A program made the position numbers and the translations under genes. DNA of 64,000 nt from Caecitellus pseudoparvulus (Eukaryota > Protista > Bigyra: Bicosoecida). Position 1 is the first letter of the stretch. Each line of letters opens with the position of its first letter. The stretch covers positions 617,083 through 681,082 of the forward strand of contig CBFFRQ010000030.1 of NCBI GenBank assembly GCA_965644315.1, in the 5' to 3' direction. Under the pieces are notes generated by a model. The model was not told where the DNA came from and ran no database searches. It was given only the letters and a program-made list of their open reading frames with translations. Positions 42,701 to 51,700 of the stretch are shown here, piece by piece.

Positions 42701-45700
42701 AGTCCCAGCTGTCCCAGCTGCGCAAGAGCAATGACCACATCGAAGACGTCGTGGACAGCATCCGCAACACGCTGCTGGTGAAACCAGAGGACTTCCCCCT
42801 GGAGGCTGGGCCCATGGAGGTGTCGGACTGGTACGAGGCCGTGGAGCGCAAGGGCACGGCCCGCATCACGGCGCTGGTGGAGAAGTACCGCGGCAACCGC
42901 GGCGCCATGCTGCGTGTGGAGGGCATCGTGTGCCAGACCAGCACTGGGGCGGCCCCGGAGTTGGCCGAGTACTACAAGTACTGGGAGCGCCGGACGTACA
43001 ACGCTGTGGCGCAGATGATCCTGGCCAGCATGGGCGCCCTGCAGAGCCTGCTGAATGTGCCTTTCTTCACGGAGAAGGGCGGGGAGGAAGACGACGACAG
43101 CGGCGGTTGGAAGGCCTTCCCGCCCCTCATTCAGGTGCGTGTGACGCAGCAGTCGGACAACTCCTTCGTCATGTCCCCCGACGTGCACCAGATCGCCAAG
43201 TACATGTACCGCGCACACAAGTTCATCGCCAAGGCGGCACGCTCCTTCACGCGGTGGGTGGCGGGCACCTGCATCGAGGCGGTGGTGGTGCCGCAGGAAG
43301 GCGCCACGCCGCCCGACTTTAGCTACTACATGGACATCCGCCACAACCAGCCCATCGCACACATGACCCTGCGCATGCACGCGCTGCTGGAGATCTTCCA
43401 GCGCGTCAAGGCGTTTGCGCAGTTCTGGCAGCAGTACGGCAAGGACTACGACCTGTGGCGCCCGCGGCAGGCTGGCACCTTTGAGCGCCTGCGTGACCGG
43501 CGCCCCCCCGCTCTGTACTTTGACGCTCACCTGGACGCCTTTGCGCGCCTGGCAGGGGCCGTCTCCACCCTGCGCACCAGTCGTGACATTGGCTTCCTGC
43601 GGGTGGACTGCGAGCCTGTCGCCACCGCCTGCCGCACGCGGGCGCTGAACCTGGTGGGCAGCTACGGCACCGTGCTGCGGCAGGTGACGCTGGAGCGCAC
43701 GACGTCCCTCATGGAGCGGTGGGCCCACCTGCGCACACGCATCTCTGCGCCGGCGACGGACCTGGAGTCTCTCAAGGCCCTGCTGGAGGCCATCACCCAC
43801 GTGCAGCGCCTGCGGGCGGAGCAGGAGGCCGAGGTGCAGGACGTGCTGCACCGCGCCCGCATCCTGCACAAGCACGCAAAGGTGCTGGCTCAGGCGGCGG
43901 AGGAGGGCGACGAGGCGGCGTCGGGGGCTGCCCTGCTGTCACCAGAGGAGGCGCGGGAGGTGGCCAGTCTGCCCCGCACGTGGTCGGCGCTGGTGGACGA
44001 CGCCCTCACCCGTGACGCGCGCCTGGTCCGGGACAAGGAGCGCTTCCGTGCCGTCACGCAGCAGTCGGTGCGGGAGTTCGTCGCGACGACGGAGGCGGTG
44101 TGGGCTGAGTACCAAGGCGAAGGGCCGGGGGTGCCCGGCATCCCCCTCGCACGGGGCCTGGAGTCCATGACGTCTTTCAAGGCACGCCTGGCAGAGCTGG
44201 TGCGGCAGCGGGACGAGCTGACCAATGCTGAGCTGCTCTTTGGGCTGGAACTGACCAAGTACCCCGCCCTGGTGGACCTTGCCAACGACATGCGGCAGCT
44301 GGAGGTGCTGTACGACCTGTACGCGCAGCAGAAGTCCTTCGCCGAGTCCCAGTCCAACATGCTGTGGACGAACCTGGACACGCGCGTGCTGGCGCAGGGC
44401 GCGACGGACTTGACGAAGCGCCTGGCTGGCCTGGACAAGGCCCTGCGGGACCTGCCCACGTACCGCGCAGTGGAGGGCGAAGTGCAGGGCTTCAAGGCGT
44501 CCATCCCGCTCATCTCGTCCCTGAAGAACGACGCCATGCAGAGCAGGCACTGGGACAAGCTCATGGCGGCGACGGGCGTCAGCTTCAACATGAACCCCAA
44601 GACCTTCACCCTGCAGAAGCTGTTCGAGATGAACCTGCACCGGTTCCAGGAGGACATCGACGAGATCACCGGGGAGGCCATGCAGGAGGCGAAGATCGAG
44701 CGGCAGCTGGTGGAGATCGAGGACCGCTGGGCAGCCACCGAGTTCGACGTGCCTGCGTACAGCAAGAACGGGCAGTTCCGCTCGTACGTCCTGCGCGTGG
44801 AGGACGAGATGAAGGTGCAGCTAGAAGACGACATGCTGCAGCTGCAGACCATGGCCTCGTCCCGCTTCGTGTCCTTCTTCACCGCCCGCGTGCAGCAGTG
44901 GAGCCGCAACTTGACCACCGTGTCGGAGGTCATCGACGCGTGGGTGGCGGTGCAGCAGAAGTGGCAGTACCTGGAGGGCATCTTCGTCGGGAACGAGGAC
45001 ATCAAGAGCCAGCTCCCCGACGAAGTCCGCCGCTTTGCAGGCATCGACAAGGCCTTCAAGACCCTCATGAACCAGGTGAACGCCTCCCCCAACGTCGTGA
45101 CGGCGTGCTGCTCCGATGGCCGCCAGGAGCTGCTGGAGGAGCTGGGGGAGCGCCTGGACGAGTGCCAGAAGAACCTCACGCGGTACCTGGACTCCAAGCG
45201 CACGGCCTTCCCCCGCTTCTTCTTCATTTCCGACGACGAGCTGCTGGCAGTGCTGGGCTCCAGCGACCCCACCGGCATCCAGGAGCACCTCATGAAGCTC
45301 TTCAACAACGTCAAGGCGCTGACGTTTGGGCGTGGCAACCGCACCGTGCGTGCCATGTCCAGCTCGGAGGGCGAGACGTTTGAGCTGGAGGAGCCGGTGC
45401 CCGTGGAGGGCGCCGTGGAGGAGTGGATGAACGCGGTGCAGGACTCCATGCGGGCGTCCCTGCACGGCATCACGAAAGCTGGCGTGTACCACTACGCGCA
45501 CATGGACCGCAACGCGTGGGTGGAGGAGCAGCTGGGCATGGTCACCATGGTGGGCTCCCAGGTGTGGTGGACGTGGTACACAGAGGACACCTTCCGGCGC
45601 GTGCTGGGCGGGGACAAGTACGCCATGAAGGGCTTCGCGAGCAAGCTCACGCAGCAGCTGATGGAGCTGGTGGCCATGGTGCGCACGCCGCTGTCCAAGC

Positions 45701-48700
45701 TCATGCGGAAGAAGGTGAACACGCTGCTCATCGTGGACGTGCACGCCCGGGACATCATCGACCAGTTCGTGCGGGACAGCATCCTGGACGCGCGGGAGTT
45801 CGCGTGGGAGTCCCAGCTGCGCTTCTACTGGGACAGGGACCTGGACGACGTCCGTGTGCGGCAGTGCACGGGGGAGTTCGGCTACGGCTACGAGTACATG
45901 GGCTTGAATGGGCGCCTCGTCATCACGCCGCTCACGGACCGCTGCTACATGACCCTGACCCAGGCGCTGACGTTCAAGCTGGGCGGCTCCCCCGCGGGTC
46001 CTGCCGGCACAGGCAAGACGGAGACGGTGAAGGACCTGGCCAAGAACCTGGCCCTGCCCTGCTTCGTCACGAACTGTGGTGAAGGCCTGGACTACAAAGC
46101 GACGGGCGGCATCTTTTCCGGCCTGGCACAGGTGGGCGCCTGGGGCTGCTTCGACGAGTTCAACCGCATCAACATCGAGGTGCTGTCCGTCGTGTCTGCG
46201 CAGCTCAAGTCCCTGCAGAACGCGCTGCTGTACGGCAAGGAGACAGCTGACATCGGGCTGGAGAACCCCATCAAGGTGCACCCCAGTGTGGGCGTCTTCA
46301 TCACCATGAACCCGGGGTACGCCGGGCGCACAGAGCTGCCTGACAACTTGAAGGCGCTGTTCCGCCCCGTGACCATGATTGTGCCCGACCTGCTGCAGAT
46401 CTGCGAGATCATGCTGTTCTCGGAGGGCTTCGAAGGCGCCCGGGTGTTGGCCAAGAAGATGACGACGCTGTACAAGCTGGCGTCGGAGCAGCTGTCCAAG
46501 CAATTCCACTATGACTTTGGCCTGCGCGCGCTGAAGTCAGTGCTGGTCATGGCGGGGGCCCTGAAGCGGGAGTACTCGGACATGTCCGAGGAGTTGGTGC
46601 TCATGCGGTCGCTGCGAGACAGCAACATGCCCAAGTTCGTGTTTGAGGACGTGCCGTTGTTCCGTGGCTTGATCGACGACCTGTTCCCCGACCTGGACTG
46701 CCCCCGTGTGGCGTACCCCACGCTCAAGGGCGCCACGGAGAAGTACCTGGAGGACCGCCTCATGCGGCACGAAGACGAGGGCGTCTTCCAGCTGCAGGTG
46801 GACAAGGTCATCCAGCTGTACGAGACGATGCTGGTGCGGCACACGACGATGGTGGTGGGGCCGACGGGCGGCGGCAAGAGCGTCGTGCTGGAGACGCTCA
46901 AGGCCGCGTCCAAGCCGGCCTTTGACATTTCCGTGCGCATGCTGGTGCTGAACCCCAAGGCTGTCACTGTGAACGAGCTGTACGGCATCATGGACCCCGA
47001 GACGAGGGACTGGCATGACGGCATCCTGTCCCGCCTCTTCCGCGACTGCAACCGGCCCCTGCCTGCGGGCCGCGAGAGCGAGGTGCGGTGGATCGTGTAC
47101 GATGGCGACGTGGACGCGGAGTGGGTGGAGAACATGAACTCCGTCATGGACGACAACAAGCTGCTCACCCTGCCGAACGGCGAGCGCATCCAGCTGCAGG
47201 ACCACTGCAAGATGCTGGTGGAGGTGTTTGACCTGCAGTACGCGTCGCCCGCCACCATCTCCCGCTGCGGCATGACGTTCGTGGACCCCAAGAACCTGAA
47301 GTACTTCCCCTTCTACGTCAGGTGGGTGAAGATGCGCGCCGGGGACGCCCGGCCCACTGAAGCTGGCTACCTCATGGACCTGTACGAGAAGTACGTGCGG
47401 GTGCTGGTGGAGTACACGCTGGACGGCGAGGCTGGGGACGTGGAGGGGGAGGCCGGTGAGCCGCCCCTGGACCTGGTCGTGCCCCGCACCGACTTGAACA
47501 TGGTGCGCCAGCTGTGCCGCATGCTGGATGCCACCCTGGAGGGGGAGGAGGAGTACGCTGACTACGACATCTTGGAGGGGCACTTTGTCTTTGCTCTCAT
47601 CTGGTCGGTGGGCGCCGCCGTGACAGCCCAGCACAGGCCCCGGTTTGAGGAGGTCCTGCGGCGCACAGCGGAGATCCCCCTGCCAAAGGACTTATTCGGG
47701 TCCTTCTTCCACGCCCCGTCCCGCAAGTGGCTGTCGTGGAACGACCGCGTGCCAGAGTACGTGCCCCCCGAGCCCTTTGAGTTCTACCGGGTGCTGGTGC
47801 CGACCATGGATTCCGTGCTGTACACGTGGCTTCTCATGCGTATGATGGCAGTGGGGCAGCCGACGCTGTTCGTGGGCGAGTCCGGTACAGCCAAGACGGT
47901 GACCATCGAGAACTACCTGCTGGGGCTGAACCCCGAGACGTCCTCCACGCTGAACATCAACATGTCCAGCCGCACGACCTCTGCAGATGTGCAGATGAAC
48001 ATCGAGGCCAACGTGGACAAGCGCAGCGGCAAGACGTACGGGCCGCCCATGGGCAAGCAGCTCATGGTGTTCATCGACGACCTGAACATGCCGCGGGTGG
48101 ACACGTACGGCACGCAGCAGCCCATCGCGCTGCTGAAGTTCCTCGTCGAGTCCAAGTGCATGTACGACCGAGGCAAGGACCTGGACCTGCGCAGCTACCA
48201 CGACCTGATGTACATCGGGGCCATGGGCCCGCCCGGCGGCGGTCGCAACGACGTTGACCCGCGCTTTGTGTCGCTCTTCTCCGTCTTCAACTTGACGCGC
48301 CCCTCGACGGCTGTCTTGCAGAGCATCTACGGCAGCATCCTCACTGCCTTCACCTCTGTCTTCTCGGACGATGTGCAGGCCGTGGCGCGGGAGCTGACTC
48401 CCCTCACTCTGGACATTTACGCCTCCATTTGCCAGCGCCTGCCCCCGACGCCCTCCAAGTTCCACTACATCTTCAACCTGCGCGACCTTGGGCGAGTGTA
48501 CGAAGGCCTCTGCCTCGCAACACCAGACACCGTGCCCTCAGCGGCCGCCTTTCTGCGGCTGTGGCGCAACGAGATGCACCGCATCTTCTGTGACCGCTTG
48601 ACAACGAAGGAGGACCTGGACCTTGTGGGGGGTCTCGTGGACGGCGCAGTGCGCGGCAAGTTCTCCGGCGTCGCAGATGCTGTGGTCGCAGAGCCCATGG

Positions 48701-51700
48701 TATTCGGAGACTTCAAGCACTGCGTGCAGCGGCTCAAGGCGGGCAAGGAAGACCCCCAGCTGTACCAGGACCTGGGCAGCTACACAACTGTGGGGGAAGT
48801 CATGACGGACGTGCTGGAAGTGTACAACCTGGAGCATGAGAGCCGGGAGCTGAAGCTGGTGCTGTTCCAGGCCGCACTGGAGCACCTCTGCCGCATCTAC
48901 CGCATCATCCGCATGCCCCGTGGCAACGCCCTGCTGGTGGGCGTGGGCGGGTCAGGCAAGCAGAGTCTGACCAAGCTGGCTGCCTTTGCGGCAGGGTACG
49001 AGCTGTTCAGCATCACGCTCACGCGCAGCTACGGTGAGCGGGAGTTCAGGGAGGAGCTGCAGGAGCTGTACCGGAAGCTGGGCAAGGGCCCTGTCGTGTT
49101 CCTGTTCACCGACGCTGACGTCGTGCAGGAGGGCTTCCTTGAGCTCATCAACAACATGCTGACGACGGGCATGGTGCCGGCGCTGTACGAGCCGGAGGAG
49201 CGCGACAGCCTCGCGAACAGCGTCATGGCTGAGGTGAAGGCGGCTGGCATGTACGTGACCAAGGAGAACTGCTGGAACTACTTCGTGGCCAAGTGCCGCA
49301 ACAACTTGCACCTGGTGTTGGCCATGTCGCCGTCGGGTGACACGCTGCGGCGGCGGTGCAGGAACTTTCCTGGGCTCGTCTCCAACTCCGTCATCGACTG
49401 GTTCTTCCCCTGGCCGGAGGATGCCCTCGCGCGCGTGGCAGAGTTCTTCCTGGCGGAGGAGAAGGCAGTGCCGGACGCTCACAGGTCCGCCGTGGTGGAG
49501 CACATGGTGCACGTGCACCAGGGGGTGGTCACTGCGTCTCGCCAGTTCACGGCCGAGCTCAGGCGGTACAACTACGTGACACCCAAGAACTACCTAGACT
49601 TCATCGCCAATTACCGCTCCCAGCTGGACACACATGGTGTGCGGCTGACGACGCGGCTGGAGCGCCTGGAGAACGGGCTTGCCAAGCTGCAGGACGCGCA
49701 GGAGAAAGTGGACGAGATGAACAAGGTGCTGAAGAAGCGCAAGGTCATCGTGGACCGCAAGTCTGCCGAGGTCGAGACGCAGATCAAAGACATCCGTACC
49801 CGGCAGGCAGTGGCTGATGAGCAGCAGGCCGCTGCCCAGGTCTTTGCAAAGGAGCTGGCAGAGCAGGCCATCGTCATCGAGCAGAAGAGCGAGGCGGCCA
49901 ACGACGCTCTGGAGGCTGCACTGCCTGCCCTGGCCGCGGCTGCCGATGCGCTGAAGGACTTGAACGCCAGCCAGATCAACGAGGTGAAGAAGCTGCACAA
50001 CCCGCCGTCTGCGGTGAAGAACACGCTGTTCTGCGTGCTGTACCTCATGAACTCCAGCATCACGTCGGCAGAGTGGCCCATGTGCCAGTCCATGATGGCC
50101 GACGCACGGTTCCTGGACAACCTGCGCACGTACAAGAAGGAGGGCATCAAGGAGCGACAGATGCGCCGTGTGAACGCAATCCTGAACCACCTGGATGAAG
50201 CCTCTGTGCAAAAGTCCTCCGTCGCGGGGCTTGGGCTGTTTAGGTGGGTGACGTCCCTGTCTCATTACTATGACGTTGCGCGGCAGGTGAAGCCCCTGTC
50301 GGAGGAGGTGAGGAAGCTGGAGATGGAGAAGGCGGTGAAGGAGCAGGAGCTGGCCACCATCAATGAGAAGCTGGCGCAGCTGACGGACGAGATTGCCGCC
50401 CTGAACGCCAGCCTGTCCAAGAACGTCTCGGAGCTGGACACGCTGCGGGAGGAGGCGGCAGTCATGGAGCGCCGGCTGAACTCAGCGGAGCGCCTGATCC
50501 GGGGCTTGTCCTCGGAGCGCACGCGCTGGACAGCTGACATCCAGACCTTGCGAGGGCAAGTCACGCGGCTGACAGGAGACTGCCTGCTGTCCGCGGCGTT
50601 CCTGTCGTACCTGGGCGCCTTCACACATGAGTACCGCACCCGCATGCTGTACGAAGACTGGCTGGAGGACGTCAAGTCGCGGGAAGTGGACGTCACGGCA
50701 GACTTCGACCTGCGGCGGTTCATGATCACGGACGCGACGGTGCAGCGGTGGAGCGCGGAGGGGCTGCCTGCGGACGACCACAGCGTGTTCAACGGCATCC
50801 TGACCGAGCGCGCCTCGCGCTTCCCCCTGTGTGTGGACCCGCAGGAGCAGGCTGTGGCGTGGATCAAGGCCAAGGAGCCGGAGCTGGTGGTGGGCACGTT
50901 CTTCGACGCGGGGTTCATGCGGAACTTGGAGCTGGCAGTGCAGTACGGCAAGCCGTTCCTGTTCGAATCCGTGGACGAGTCGCTGGACCCTGTCATTGAC
51001 CCTGTCCTGGAGAAGAACGTGCGTCGCGAGGGGCCGGAGCTGACGATTCAGCTGGGGGACAAGGTGTTGACATGGGACTCCAGCTTCCGGCTGTACATGA
51101 CGTCCAAGATGTCCAACCCGCACTACTCCCCCGAGATCATGGGCAAGACCATGATCATTAACTACTCCGTCACCATGCAGGGCCTGTCTGACCAGCTGCT
51201 GAACGTCGTCGTGGGCAACGAGCGCATGGACCTGGAGACGCAGTTCCGGGAGCTGGTGCAGGACATGTCTGCCAACGCACAGATGCTGGAGGCGCTGGAG
51301 GAAGATCTGCTGCGGTCCCTGGCAACGGCGTCGGGCGACCTGCTGGACAACGAGGACCTCATTGCGAAGCTGGAGCAGAGCAAGAAGAAGGCGGACGAGA
51401 CGGCGAAGAAGCTGAAGGCCGCGACGGCGACGCGGACGGAGATCAACCTGACGCGGCAGCAGTACACGCCTGCTGCGAAGCGCGGCAGCATTCTCTTCTT
51501 CGCCATGTCTGGCATGGCCAACATCATGCGCATGTACGAGATCAGCCTGGCGTCCTTCTTGGGCGTGTTCCAGCGGTCCCTGAAGCAGTCCGCGCGAGAC
51601 GCGTCGGTGGAGGTGCGCCTGGGCAACGTCATTGCCGAGATGACGAAGCAGATGTATGACTACACGTGCACTGGCATTTTCGAGCGGCACAAGCTCATGT